Under the pieces are notes generated by a model, which searched no databases, was not told the DNA's origin, and was given only the letters and a program-made list of their open reading frames with translations. A DNA stretch of 64,000 nucleotides from Vicugna vicugna (lineage: Eukaryota), in assembly GCA_013265495.1 (NCBI GenBank), contig MU058718.1, positions 1,736,001-1,800,000 of the forward strand, in the 5' to 3' direction. Position 1 is the first letter of the stretch; each line of letters starts with the position of its first letter. Positions 37,537-51,646 of this stretch are shown in pieces. A program made the position numbers and the translations under genes.

Positions 37537-37940
37537 GAATTCTACTCAGCCTTAAAAAAATAAAATAATGCCATTTGCAGCAGCATGGATGGACATGGAG
37601 ATCTTCATTCTAAGTGAAGTAAGCCAGAAAGAGAAAGAAAAATACCATATGATATCATTTATATGTGAAATCTAAAAAAGGGACACAAATGAGCCTATCT
37701 ACAAAACAGAAACAGACTCACAGACATAGAGAACAAACTTACATTTACCAGCAGGTGAAGGGGGTAGGAAGGGATAAATTGAAAGTTCGAAATTTGCACC
37801 CCATGGGGAGTGATGGAAATGAAGCCGTCTTGTGGTGGTTTCATTGGTGTATACATCTACCAAAATTCATCAAATTGTACATCTGAAATGTGTGTAGTTT
37901 ACAGGAATCTTACCACAATACAGGTGTTTAAAAAAAAAAA
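37214..37940 (+). mobile_element. young L1 ORF2 end/3'UTR (~37214-37798) joined to an older L1M-type tail
   Basis: Sense L1 'ggagagggtgtagagaaaagggaaccctcc..' to 'gaaatttgca', then 'gtgtatacatctaccaaaattcatcaaattgtacat' plus A-tail. Confidence 0.8.
37493..37530 (+). repeat. (AC)19 microsatellite
   Basis: Directly visible perfect dinucleotide run within L1. Confidence 0.97.
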
Positions 37941-38959
37941 GAAAAGAAACAAAACTTAGGCTACCCCAGAGCTTTAAAAATGAGACATGATTCCATAGTC
38001 TTTTAAAACTGTCTAAACTTTATTGGTCTCAACACTTGTTTTCATACTGGAATGTCTTCTTTTTTTTCCCCTTAACTTTGTTCAGAAAAGGAAAATGTAT
38101 CCTTCCTAGCTTGCATAGAGTCACTTAATCATAATCAAAATAACATTTGTTAAATACAATTTTGTGTCTAATGCAATGCTAGGAGATTCATAAAATAAGT
38201 GAAAAAGAAATCTGCTGCTCTCTGAAAATACGTCCCCAAATCAGTAGCATAGATAGCAAAACTTGAAGGTTTCTGGTTTCATAATTCAAGGTATAGAATT
38301 TTCTCTTGACCTATCATGAATTCCTTATTTTCCAAAACACTGAAATGATTATCATCTTTTCGCCCCACAGATCAGCCTTTTGAAATGCACTCAGAAAGCA
38401 TTTTCATTCTGATTCGATACATAAACTGAAAAACAGATTGGATCCCTTGTCTTCTGTGAGCAACTTGAATTCAGGAAACGTAGATAATTTTGGTAGCCTC
38501 AATGCCTAGCCCACTCCCAGGCACGAAGTAGGTGCACAATAACCTTTGAATAAATGAATAAAAAGATGTGTTGCCTCCTATCTCTGGCCAATTCTCCAAG
38601 GCAAAGGGAGGGAGAACAGTGGAAGCAGCAGGTGCCTTGGCCGCTCTGAATCTTCATCCCGGGCACCAGGACAGTGAGCAGCCAACTTTCCTGGGTCTAA
38701 GTTCCTGATTTCTGGGGATTCCTTCCAAATGATGATGCAGTGAAAAGACCAGGTGATATGCACCCACGTGGTTTATTATTTTCATTGACTTTGACTTCAA
38801 GGATTCTTTCAGTTGCCCCCTGATATCTGAGACTGCCTCAGCCTTGCTAGCTTTCGTAGCAACAGCACAGCTTCGGAATAGATCACAGCTGCTCACTACT
38901 GTTCACACTTCCGCATTTTTGTATGCCTGGCATTTCACGGAGAGCCTGGATTTGGGGTC

Positions 38960-39125
38960 AGAAGATGCTTGTTAAATTGAATTGCAGAAGCTGCTGTGTC
39001 TGAACAATACAGATGCTCGACTCTCAGTTAAATCAGATTCTGGTCTTGAGTGCCGCCTTGCATCAGAATATTTTAAAGTTCTTCAGGTCATCAGAAGGCA
39101 CAGCCGAAGCTGAGAACTATTGAAC
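38960..39125. mobile_element. MER5-family MITE relic
   Basis: 'gcttgttaaa..cagttaaatcagattctg..catcagaatattttaaagttcttcaggt..cagccgaagctgagaactattg'. Confidence 0.55.
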
Positions 39126-39269
39126 AGACTTTACACATGCTACCTCTTATTAAGAGGGAGATGAGTTTTTCATCAGAAGCCACAAGGTGTTGAAGAGAGA
39201 TTAGCACCTAAAAGGAATTTTCTCTGACAGAGTCAGAATTCAAATTTAGCCACAGAGGTTGCTATGGAG

Positions 39270-39945
39270 AGAAACGACTGTCACTCCCTTTATGTACACC
39301 TCTCAGTGGCATCACGTTGTTCTGGAGATGAGATCCAAAATCCTTAGAATGGCTTGCAAATCCTCTACCAGGACCCCAGCCTGGCTTTCCCACCTCATCT
39401 GGTGTTCCCTCCTCCCTCCACTCTCTCAGCTCTTGACCACCACACCCTTCTCACTTCAGACCCTCCCAGCCGTGGTACCCTCTTCCCACTCCTCATCCTG
39501 ACTCCCATCCACCCTCCCACTCATCCTTTTGCCTTGCTGACTCCTACACAGTGCCGAGGCTCACAACTAAACGTCACTTTGTCAGGGAAGAATGTTTTCC
39601 TTGACCCTCAGGCTGGAAGTTCTGTGTTCTCAGCACCAGGCACAACGCGCATCACAGCTGGCACCAATTACGTATTTGGTTAATTACTCAAATTCTCTGT
39701 GCAGGGCTGGGATGGAATCTATCTTGTTCACCCTTCCACAGGGCGCTGTGGCCAAATCATTCTGTAACTTTGGGCATGTTATTTCACTTCTCTAAGCTTT
39801 AAGGTTCTAATTAGTAAAATGATGATGTCACTAGGACCCATCTTGTAGGACGGCTGTAAGAATTAAATGAGATAGTTCATGCATGGGCTTGTGAACCAGT
39901 GCCTATCACACAGTAAGTGCTAAGAAAAATGAGAAGGATGATTAT
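39270..39945 (+). mobile_element. LINE-2 relic (~39270-39735) followed by MIR (~39750-39945)
   Basis: 'atccaaaatccttagaatggcttgcaaatcctc' (L2); 'ctttgggcatgttatttcacttctctaagc..gtaagaattaaatgagata..cacacagtaagtgct' (MIR). Confidence 0.72.
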
Positions 39946-40639
39946 TTTGCAGAAGTCTTTAGATGTGATTCCAATGGCCTCTTAAGGTTCCTTCTAAACT
40001 CCATCTTACAGTTGTATGATACCATACAGTTTTGGAGTTTAGGGATTAAATAAATAAGAGCTCCTTTCTTTGTTTCCAAAATCTGCAATCAAATAAGAAA
40101 TAAAACACAAGAGACCAAAAAATAAATATTAGTTAATTTTATAATAGATAAAGCTGATTGGATAAAGTGGCTTTAGATATGATGCCAAAGGGGTTTATAA
40201 GACCCTCCCCAAATGGAATTCACCCCAACTCTGAGGTAGCAGACCTCTCCTTAGAGGCGGAGCTGCCTCAGTGGGCGAACCACAGGGAAGAGCAGAATAT
40301 ATGGGAAGCCGGGAGACAGACTGACTCTGAAAGATAACCCCCCAAGGTACAAAGCCAAGTCAAATCACCAGTCCAGTAGGTTATCCCATCTCTCTGGGGG
40401 AGGAGGGGTCAGGGGAGCAAAAGATCAAAGGAGTCCTGACGGGGCCAGTTCCTCCTGGGAAGGAGACGGATGATCCATCTCTGTGTGGAAACGTGTGTTG
40501 CTATCAAAATTAGAAAAATAAGTCATGTAGCCATATTTCTAGTGAAGTTAAATGTTTGCAAGGCCTTATTAAGACATATCACCCACTTTTTTAAACCATG
40601 GACTCTGGAAAGATGTCTCCAAACTCTACCCTTCCTAAC

Positions 40640-40810
40640 AGTGTTCCTTTAGGCACATTACCTTTTTGTATCTCAAAGTCCTCATCTGTACAATGGGAAT
40701 AATAATAGTATCCATCTCACATCATTGTCTGACTAAAATAGTTCAAGTGGCTTAGAACAGTACTTTGCATATAATAACTGTTCAATAACTGTTAGGCACT
40801 GTTATTCACT
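40640..40810 (+). mobile_element. MIR SINE
   Basis: 'ctcatctgtacaatgggaataataatagtatccatctcac..gcttagaacagtac'. Confidence 0.78.
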
Positions 40811-42199
40811 GTGAAAGACCATTCTTTATTCTGAAATTATATCCACCCTTTTATTTTGGTGTTCAAATGTCTTTCTTCATGAAATAATAGCAATAGTTTA
40901 TAGTCAATATCTTTTTAAATTTCCTGACAACAAATTTTCAAAAAAGTTGGCATCCTTATGTTAATCCCTCTATTTCTTGTTTTTAAATGTAACTGGTTTA
41001 TGGGAAAAAAATCTAAAAATCACTAAACTTTAGTACAATACCTCCCACTCTCCTTTTTTGAAGACCTTTAAGGTAAAAAGGAAAATATATTTTGTAATTA
41101 AATAACTTAGACTATTACCAACTCTCCTGCCCCTTTATATAATTTGTCTTTGTTGCAAATTAACAAGGTCGCATAGGGTATTCACACAGGGGTCTGGAGG
41201 GCTCTGAGAAACTGTGTGTTAAACAGTCTTGACTCCCGGGCAGTTATGTTGCCTATCTGTCTTGCCTTGGCATCGTGCAGCGGTGAATTTATGTGAAATA
41301 CTATTCCATGATGATAATGTCTGTGGTGATAGTGATTCTGATACTCTCTGTCACTCGACTTGAGGCAATGGAGGCACTGAATGAACAAAACTATTTGTAC
41401 ACGTTTCACTGAAAGACAGTGGAAGACGTGAAGTGAAAATGAACCTCATTTCTATCTCCAGGTCTGACCTTATGAAATCAGTCACCCTGATGGTCACTAG
41501 CAGGAGGTAAACTCTTATTTTGAAATAAGTTGGTAATTAAAGAAGAAGACAAAAACCCATGTAGTAAGGAAGGGAGATAACACGTTGTCAATAACACCCA
41601 GAAGTTCTACAAATTCTACTGAGATCAATTTGAAAAGTCCAGCACATTTTCCCAGGACAGCCTTTTGCTTACACTGCAGCATTGCAGATTAAAACTGTGA
41701 TTAGTTCTAGCCATACTTAAGGGGTAATATTTATCATACAAACATGTAAGCCTTTCCTTAAAATGAATATGTGAAGGTATCTATTACTGTTAAAATATCT
41801 GAGCCCCCTCGCCCCCAGCCGACTCTGAGCACCTGATACATCTCCACGAGTGGGCAAAGGAGTGATGCCAAAGCCGCAGTCCCTTGTGGGAACTCTTGAT
41901 CTGCCTTCCCTGACGGCGTTTTTTGAAAAGGAACAGAGAGATAAGGGAGATGCCTGGCTTCTGGGAATGTGACAAGTGACAGTTTCCATCAGCATCTGTC
42001 TCTACCTGGCGGAAAAAAAAAGGGAAGTCTAAAAACAGCCTTCTGTGGAACATGCTGACAATCACAGACCATCCTGAGTGATGCCTTCAGAATCCAGGAA
42101 TACATGCATATTATCTGTCATAACCAGGCACCAAGCCTTCTAAGTGACTAGAATTTGACCTTCCTTCACTGAAATGAAAGCAATCATTTATTGACCAAT

Positions 42200-42390
42200 T
42201 GATTCATATGCATTGTCTTTAATCATTACAATAACCCGTCTGATAAGGATTACTATCCCTGCTTTCTGGCTGAAGAAAACCAAAGTGGAGGAAGATTTGT
42301 TCATCTCACAGAAGAGCTCACAGCTGATAAGCAGAGGGGCAGGGATTCCAACTCAGGCCTGCCTGGCTCCCAGGCTCAGGCTCTGGCCTC
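42200..42390 (-). mobile_element. MIR SINE
   Basis: 'tcacagctgataagcagaggggcagggattccaactcaggcctgcctggctcc'. Confidence 0.7.
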
Positions 42391-43213
42391 GTGCCGACGG
42401 ACCTCTTGCTCCATAAGCAAGTCTGGGCAAGGTAAGGCTGCGCTCCGCGAGACAGGAGCATGATTGTGAAACGTTCTAATTAACCTCTGTCCTGAAGTGT
42501 TTCTCAGAGAGGACCACACCATCAGGGATTCTTAAGAGTTTGACTGGCCTGTGTGTTCCTGTCATTTTTCCAAAATCTAAAGCTAGGAATAGTGAACATA
42601 CTTGTTTCAGTGCATCTATTTCCTCCTTGGTCTGAAGTTGATTCATCTTACCTCTCACTTCACCTCAGGAGAGTCTCCCAAGCAAGTTATGTCAGCCTTT
42701 AGCCATCACTGATGAAAGGACTACAAACAAGCTGTCGAAATTTTTATAGGATTATAATTAGATACCAAGTATAGTATCTTTTTCAATAAATGAAGACAAG
42801 TAGAGGAAATTCATTTGTAGCTTAAATGTCCCAGTCCTGACCCCTATCATCCTAAGAAATTCGAAGTCCTCATGTCTGGGCAACAAACCAAAGAGAGGTC
42901 CTAGGGCTTGACATACATATCTGAAATCTGTCCAAGACCAAAGACCTGCAATCGGAAAGGCAGGAGACTGGTACAAAAGTCCAGATTCTTAAGCAGCCAA
43001 TCAGCTGAGGGTTGACTAAGCATGTACAGATGTGCTGGGATGAGCTAAGTCTCATAAGGAGACACTGAACCAGGTGCAGGCAGGTCAGGCAGGACAGTGG
43101 GAGCCTGAGAATATTCTAGGTGACTTCTTGTGCACGGACCCTGGCCCGCTTTGCTGGGCCAAAGGTGGAATGAAAGGATCCAATTACATTGGAAGATCTT
43201 AGACGTAAAACCG

Positions 43214-43545
43214 TGTTATGGTCTGACTGTCTGTGTCCCCCTAAAATCCATATGTTGAGATCCTAACCCCCAGTGTGATCATATTAGGAGGTAAGGCCCT
43301 TGGTAGGTGATTCGGTCATGAAGGTAGAGCCCTTATGAATGGGATTAGTGCCCTTATAAAAGAGACCCCAGAGAGCTCTCTCACCCCTTCTACCATGTGA
43401 GGACACAGCAAGAAGACAGACATCTGTGAACCAGGAAGCAGTCCCTCACCAGACATTGAATCTGCCAGCGCCTTGATCTTAGACTTCTCCGACTCCAGAA
43501 CTGTTCGAAATAAATTTATGTCCTTTATAAGCTGCAACTAAGACA
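43214..43545 (+). mobile_element. MaLR LTR (MLT1A0-like)
   Basis: TGTTATGGTCTGACTG..atgaatgggattagtgcccttataaaagagaccccagagagc..gccagcgccttgatcttagacttc..ctaagaCA. Confidence 0.92.
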
Positions 43546-46500
43546 GACTTCTTACAACTTTCGCGCTGAGAATATAGGTAATAAGATACATCTGAAAACC
43601 ATAATGTCAAGAACTTTGCTTGGTACTTAAGGAATATGCCAAATACCAACCTTTGAAAATAAATTCTGACTGTATTTCAAAAAGCAAGAAACAGCACACT
43701 TGCATGGTAGGCGCTTCCCAAGAACACTGAAGAGTCCACTTCCCTCATCATATTGTCCTGACCGTGGACCAGTCTGGCTCAGTATATCTGAGCCCACAGC
43801 GAATGCCAAGCACCGCATAAAGCAAAGTCCTTTTCCATTCCGAGTTCGAGACCTCACCTGAGAAAGCCTCAGCCCCTCCCCATGCTTCTCCACCCATCCT
43901 CGTGGTCCTGTCTACCTGCCGGCTTCCATGCCTGTCTCTAACTGGCTCTTTCTGACAGCAGGTCTGCAGTTCTACCCACAACAGCCCTGCAGATACTCCT
44001 TCACATCAGTTTGTTCTGTCTCAGGGGGCTGCTCCTTTATCTGCGTTTTCCTCCCTTACCTGCTCTGTCCCAGCCTTTCAGGGAGTGGGGAGACAGTACC
44101 CATTCCTTTACTCTAAACTGTGGAATGGTCCTTCCTGCAGTGAAAAAAAGGTAAAAATCTCTCCCCTACAGGTATTTTAAATTCCATTTGTAGTGATCCT
44201 TTCCTTTGTATTAAACATTGACCTATCTCTACTACCCTCTTTCTTATAAAGTTTAAATACTCTCATAGGATAGAGATTTTTAGCATGAATGAAACCTCTC
44301 ATTTTCCCCCGGGACAGAAGAAATCGGATAACAGAAGCAACTCAGAGAAAAGAAAGCCCCAAAAGACAGAAAAAGAGAGAAGAAAAGGAATATAGAAGCA
44401 TCAGGTGACATCAGCCCTTTGCAAAATCACTGAATATGCACAGTAGTGGACTTGGAGGTTGGAAAACAATACCCTACCTTAGCTACATCTTTAGAAAGAA
44501 AAAGGCACGATAGTTTACAGGCTTATTATTGTCGTGCCCCAAATCAAGGATTAAATGTAGACTCATTAATATTGGTGTAGTGGGATAATATTTTGAGATA
44601 CTAACCTAAAGCTCCCCCCCTTACTCCCACCCTCTACTCCCTCCCCCCACTCCCCCACCTAGTAGTGCCTGGTACCCCTAGGCCCTTCCCTGGGCCCCAG
44701 ATCTAGGTCCTTCTACATTCACTGTCTCAGGGAGGAGCCTAGGGAAGCCTACTAGGTCCTTCATCTCTGCCCACTTGACCTGGTGTCAGAGAGGAAATGT
44801 TCGAGAGGGCCTAGGACAACTTCACAGAGTTTTGCATGTGCCACTGTGGTGCTCAAGCTGAACAATGCCCAACATACAGCTGAGAGAGGGCTAGCAGGCC
44901 TGGGGATGCCTTGAGGTTGGGACAAGGGACACGAGTGACCCACTGACCATCCATCAAAGATCAGACAGGAAAGCTGATAACCCAGGCAGATGCCAGGATG
45001 GACAAATGATGACAACACAAAACAGATGCTCCTGACTCCTCCTCTAGTCTGATGCCTTGGCACCAGTGAGCACCCAAGGACTCAGAAGCTGAGATTACTT
45101 TTGACCACCTGGCAGGCTAGAGAAGGAAGAGGGTATGGTTCTTGCATAACTGCATATGTAGCCTGAAATGTGTACACTCCACAGTGGGCTGAGGGAAAGA
45201 GTTGCAATTTAAACAGAGAGAAAAATATTTTTAAGAAACAGGAAGACAGGGCACAAGGTGAACATGAGCAGAAGCAAATCAAGAGCCTCTGCCTCGAGCA
45301 ATATGAGTCACATGCACCTGCACTTGGATGACATGCGTAACAGTCCTCTCCCTGGAACCCCAGGACCAGGAGCTCCTGCAGGGGCAGCGCCACCCACTCT
45401 CACGCTCCAGAGGCTTCGCCAAGTGTGAACTGATGCATGAAGTTGGCCAGGATAGTATTTCAGTTAGCAAAAGTTACAAGCTGATATTTCTTTCAGACTC
45501 CAAATTCTGGAAATTCCTTTGCAAGAACACTGAAGCCTGAACAATGTGAAGGAAAGAAAAGGATTAGAGTTGGAAGAGGAATATAGAACACTGTAAAGCA
45601 CAAGAATGAGAGAAGACAAGAATGAAAAAATGAGAGAAGCATAGACAAGAAAGATAATATGTAAGATCGTGTAAGCAGTCACTAAGCCACATCCAATATC
45701 TCCCCAGCCCCCAGGGCAATCCTGCTCTTTCAATAGCTTTAGTTCCCTCTGGGTTAATGTGACATATCCGTTTAGTTGCTTTTTTGGTTGGTGCTAATAA
45801 TGACAGTAATTTGGCAAAGAATAATTTGTCATTAGGGCCAAAAACCTTATGTGGTCATGGATGCTGAATTTGGGAGGAGGTAAAATAACCATAGAGGATC
45901 ATAACCAGAAATGACCTTAACCCAATTTCCTCATATTACTAACGAGGCTAAAAGGGTTGCCAGAGGTCACATGTCTAGCTGTGGCAGACCCACGTCTAGA
46001 ATCCCAGTTTCCTAATTTCCTGCCCCATATTCCACCCCTTCATTCCCATCAGCTGCTATTCACTCTATATCTTGAAACACACGTGCTTTCCCAGATCTCT
46101 GTCAATAGTACCAACTTCTTTCCCTTCCATCTCTGTGAGGGACCCTGCTAAGGACAGCTGGGATCCTCAAGGCCTACCTCATCCCCTACAAAAAGAAAAA
46201 GAAACTCATGCTAGCCCAGATGTTTATGTTTTTCCACACCTAGATCTCTACCTGCAAAAGTTCTGAAAGAGACTTCATGCAATGGTGACAAATAATAATA
46301 ATTTTAAAAACCCACTTAACTGGTTCTGTAGTCACTTGAGTACAGCTGATGGACTGGACGACAGCAGGTCTCGGTTGGGCAAAGAGTGAGCCATCATTGC
46401 ATCACCATGTCCTTGCTGAGCTGTGGGAAACATGGTTAAAACATAGGAAGTAAACAGAAATTTGGGCAGGAAAAAAGTGGTTTTGCTTAATGTGATTGCC

Positions 46501-47938
46501 AATCAAACAGAATTGCTGTTCACTTATTTCTTTGAAAGAAGGAAATAATATTTATGTTCATTTGGGGAAAAGGCATCTTCTAAGAGGATTGCAGTATTTT
46601 AAGAAATATGTATCAGAAAACTCTTTGTTCTTGGAGTAAAGCCAAACATTAAGGACACCTCATTAAGGAAGGCTACCTCTGCAATGAAGCGGGACCATTA
46701 AAAATGGATGGCATAACAATTTTAAGGAGGCTAAGAAAATTGTTCTTCATGTGTCATGGACATTGAGAGGAAAAAGTAGCACTTTCTGTAAATGGAAATC
46801 CCCTAATTCTTGATGTTGATGTCTCATGATTTTTGTGGAAAGACAAATTTTCTTTCAAAGGACACCTCTGTTCAATTTGAAAAATGAGTTCTGGGTGTTC
46901 TTGTGTGATATCCATTTAGACAGAGTCTCATGGTACATTAGCATCACTTATCAAGCAGCAAGCTCTACTGAGAGACAATGTAATGGATGGAGAAGTCAGT
47001 GCATAATTCAGTCCTTTCTCATGAGTTTTTCCAAAGCTAGATTTTCGACAATATGCCTGCATAGATCATTTCTGGAACTGTTCCCTCCTCTTTACAATTG
47101 TGGGAGGCAATTTCACATTCTTTAATCTATCCTATACCCCTATTGACTAATTTATCTTCCTTTTGAAAAGAGGGAGGGAGTCCAGATGATGTTACTCTCC
47201 AGCTTAAAAAAAAAAGTCTGTCAATGTGTTCCTAGAATTACAGAATAAATTCTAACCTCAGGACCACGGTACTCGGGGTCCTCTGTGATCTAGCACAAAC
47301 AAACTTTGCTTAGCCCAGAGTGGCATGCAATTATTATTTTACTTTGTTTCTGTTAATGTGCCAGATAAATCTTTTATCTGATTATTTTAAACATTTTTAA
47401 GTTTTCTTTTCCGCTTTAGCTAATATTCTGTTCATAACTTTTGCCCAGTTTTTTGACTGGGGCTTATTCGTTTTTCCAATCTGTGAATCGCAACTCTTTA
47501 TCTATTAAGATTTGTAATCTTATGTCACTCATCTTTATGACAACGTTTTCTGTTTGTTGATGATATTAACTTATGGGTGAATTTAGAAAGTCAAAACTTA
47601 ATCACTTAATTAATAGAGGCAGAGTCTGTCTTCCACACAACTCACGTCTAGAATCTCTTTTTTGGAAGCTTTCTCTCTCGTCCTCTGCCCTTCCTGTTTT
47701 CTACCAAATTCATATGGAACTACCTAGCATTTTCTGGTTCCGGCTCTTTCATACACTGACATTGATTGGTTGTAAGAGTTTTAATCCTTTGTGCCTTTAC
47801 CAAACTGATAAACCATTGGGAATTTATTAGGTTAATGGGAGAAAAAGCTATCTTTTTCCTTCTGGAAGGCAGAAATTCCTTTGTGCCCAGGATGCCCTAG
47901 CTGGGCCTGGGCCTTAATATTTTCCAAACCTGGATGTG

Positions 47939-48799
47939 TGTGAGATAATACAAAATATGTGTTGGTCTCTGCCCCCAGTTCCCGGCACAGAGCTCCTGAA
48001 ACCCTTGTAACTTCCTGGGTGATGGGGGTGTCTTTTGTTCTAATGAGGTGACTCTGGATGGGTCCTTGATGGCTCCTGGATGAGAGATGGTTACCCCAAA
48101 GACCAAGCCCTGATTAGAAGCTTAGAATCTTCAGCCATGCCTCTCATTCTCTTGAGAAGGGAGAAGAAATGAAAATGGAGTTAGTGATCGATCATGCCTA
48201 CGTGATGAACCTTCCATAAAATTCCGAAAGTATGGGGTTCGGAGAGCTTCCAGTAGGTGAGCACATGGAGGTGCCAGGAGAGTGTGGGCCCAGAGCGGGC
48301 ACAGCAGCTTCAGGCCCCTTCCCACATCCCTTGCCTTATGCATCTCCTCATCTGACTCTGCTCATCTGTAGCCTTTATCATCTCCTTTAATAAACTGGTA
48401 AATGTAAGTGTTTCCCTGAGTTCTGTAAGCTGCTTGAGCAAATTAATCGAAACTGTGGAGGGGTCATGGGAACCTCTGATTTGCAGCCAAATTAGACAGA
48501 AAGCCTGGATAACCTGGGAGCCTACTACTTGTGATTGGCTTCTGCAGTGTGGTGGGAGGGGCAATCTTGTGCGACTGAGACCCTAACCTGTGGGATCTGA
48601 CTATCTCCAGGTGGAGATTGTCAGCATTGAGTTAAATTATTGGACACCCAGCTAGTGTCGTGGAGAATTGCTTGGTGTGGGGGGAAAACCGCCACACATT
48701 TGGTGACTGGAAGTGTCAGAAGTGAAGTGGTCTGTGTGACGGCAAAGGAGACCCACGAGGGAGAACTGCAGCTGGGGAGAACTGGGTTTTTCCTATGCA
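47939..48799 (+). mobile_element. MER21-family LTR (MER21A/B-like), near full length
   Basis: 'ttggtctctgcccccagttcccggcacagagctcctgaaacccttg..gatcatgcctacgtgatgaa..aataaactggtaaatgtaagtgtttccctgagttctgt..ggacacccagctagtgtc'. Confidence 0.88.
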
Positions 48800-51006
48800 G
48801 TGAGTATAAGTGAGAAAGTTGTCATTTTAGAGTTGCAGTTTCCTTTGTACCCAGAAGTGGAGACTTCTTCCTCTGCCTTTGGAGGAGACTATTCCTTTGT
48901 TCTTGAGATAAACTATGAAGGTGCTTCACGGGTTTAGTGTGTTAACTTGACCACAGATGCTCAATGTTCCGATCTGATCACAAAATGTTCTGTACTAGTT
49001 GACTCCAAGCTTTATCTTTATCTTTTGTACTGTGGAGGGGAGAGGGAGAAAGAAGAGAAATGAAGTTGAGATTTGGCCCTGGGGACTGGAAATTGAAGGC
49101 AGAGGTTGAAGGGGAAGCTTTGTGACTTAAGGCAGAGTGGTACTGCTCTAAGTTCCAGGTGAAAGATGTGGCTCAGAGCTGGGGAGAAGGGTGATCTCCC
49201 CTTCCGCTCAACTCACCTGGTGCTGCTTTGGTACCTGGATGGTGGAGGCTTGGGGAGAGTCAGGAGACAGCAATTTGGCAAAGCCACTGCCAGCATCAGG
49301 AGGGAATGGCGCCATTAGCAAGGCAACAGTGAGGTTCCTTCAAGACCCTTGGGGCCAGTAAGGGCACGTGGATAGACACAGTGTTGCCAGAGCAGTAGAA
49401 ACAGAACATGGTGGGCAAGGATGATTATTGTAGTGGACAGAACAGATTGTGAGCAGACATAAGCCATCCTTCTGGGGACAATAGGAAATAGTTGAGAAAT
49501 GTTTGACTAGCAGTCAAGTCAGTGGGGGCTCAAGTTATAATTTGGACATTAAAACCAATATGACCTCATTTACACTTAGTGAAAAGCCTGGCCATACCAC
49601 TTGCACACATTTTCAGGATACATTGAAAACAGTGCTCCAACCTTTATTATGTAGCTCCGAGAAAGTATCTCAAATTATGGGTGTATGTCAGACCAGGTAG
49701 GAAGGAAGGACTCACATTGGCAGGCTATTAAGGAAATATTTTAAAGCAGATTGAGCTTTGCAATGCCTTTCCCATCAAAACTGAACAAAGATTTACAGAG
49801 GATGAGCCCCTGGTGGGACTACATGAGAATGATGATAATAATACCAGTACAGGTCATGGAATGAAGCACATATGTAGGTAAATGAATATATACAAACGTG
49901 AGTCTATATACACAGAGTATGGGTTTGCTTGCTTTTGTAAGGTAAAAATGCAATCAAACCACAGATCATTTTTCTGTAACTTGTTATCTTCACTTAGTAA
50001 TATGACTTGGCGATCTTTCTGTGCCAGTACATTCTCTTTAATTGCTCTTTGCGTAATGTTCCATAGTCATAGATGTACAACAGATTATTTAACCATCCTG
50101 CTATTTTCCTCCCAAGATATTTCCTACTATGGGTTGGTTTTTTGTTTTGCTTCTTGTTACCATTTTATTTTCAAAACAGAGATAACACACTTTGAATTGT
50201 ATTTTCTGGTACGAGGTCTCTGTTCGTAAGTCTTTAGGAAAGATACTCTCTCTCCCATTGCCTCCCACCCGCAAATGTTTTGTAGAAAATCTGTGACTTA
50301 TCTGAGAAATTTCAGAAAGGAATATCCATAGTAAAGTATTACAATAATACATTTATCACTTAAAATTCTAAAGATGAAAATAAGTAATTCCTTTTACTAA
50401 ACAATGCTTTATTTCATTATTTATATATATAGAAAAATATCACTCACCATTTCATTTTATTGAGACCCTGGATCATATAAATAATCTACTGGAAAGTTTA
50501 GAGCCAAACTGTGGTCTATGTCTAGTTCACAAATCCACAAGACTTCCCCCGATATGTTTTATTCCCTGACTTCTTATTTTTCTAAACTCATTTCTCCCCT
50601 TTCTCCAATTTTTTCATTTATACTCATTGTTTTGAATGCTTTTCTAGAAATCACCTTAAATTTTTTGAAGAGGTGTGAGGAGGAACAGATAATTGGACGA
50701 GTGGAGAATGGAAATGGTTGAGTAAGTTAAAAGACACCTTTTCCTAAGCTACCCCTGTCATATATCATTTTTGTTTTATAGTGAATCACTGCCTTTACTG
50801 TAGTAAACGTATTGCAAAATCTCCTTTGTATCATATCTTTTTCGGCATTTGCAATGCTGAACTCCTACATCCATAGTTATGATTCTACATTTAGCATTTT
50901 CATTTAAATATACAAGTTCTCCAGGTAAAAATTCATCTAGTCACTGTCTACATATATGTTCAACAAAGTTGTTTAAACATGTGTTTGCATGTTCATATTC
51001 ACTGTC

Positions 51007-51448
51007 TATAGTGGGTCGAATAGTGTCTCCCCAAATTCTTGTCCACCTGGAACATTCAAATGTGACCTTTCTTGGAAATACAGTCTTTGCAAATGTAATT
51101 ACTTAAGATGAGGTCTTACTGGATTAGAGGGAGGGCTTAAATCCAAAGACTAGTGTCCTTATAAGAAGAGAGGACACACAAAGACAAGGGCACACAAGGA
51201 GGAAGGTCACATGATGACAGAGGCAAAGATTAGAGTGATGCAGTTATAAACCAAGGGTTGCCAGCAACTATCAGAAGCTAGGAGAGAGGGATGGAAAAGT
51301 GTCTCCCTCAGAGCCTTCAGGGGGAAACTTCCCTGACGGCACATTGACTTTGAACTTCTAGCATTCACAACTATGACAGAATAAGTTTCTATTCAAATTC
51401 CACAGAGTTTGTAGAAATTTGATATGGCAGCCCTGGGAAACTAATACA
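51007..51448 (+). mobile_element. MaLR LTR (MLT1C-like) with 5-bp TSD
   Basis: MLT1 consensus-like body ending 'ggaaactaataCA'. TSD CTGTC at 51002-51006 and 51449-51453. Confidence 0.92.
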
Positions 51449-51646
51449 CTGTCCCTGTATATCTTTGTTAAAATTATCTCAAGAGCACCTGTGGATTACA
51501 GTTTCTAACCTGGAAGTACAGTTACACGAGGGATCAAGGTTTATAATCCCTAACTTGAGAAGCATGGTTCTACAAATAATCAGAAGAAGGACTGTTGTGC
51601 TCCCTCACTGATGATTAAGAATCATTCTGAAGCTGAAGTTCTAAAC

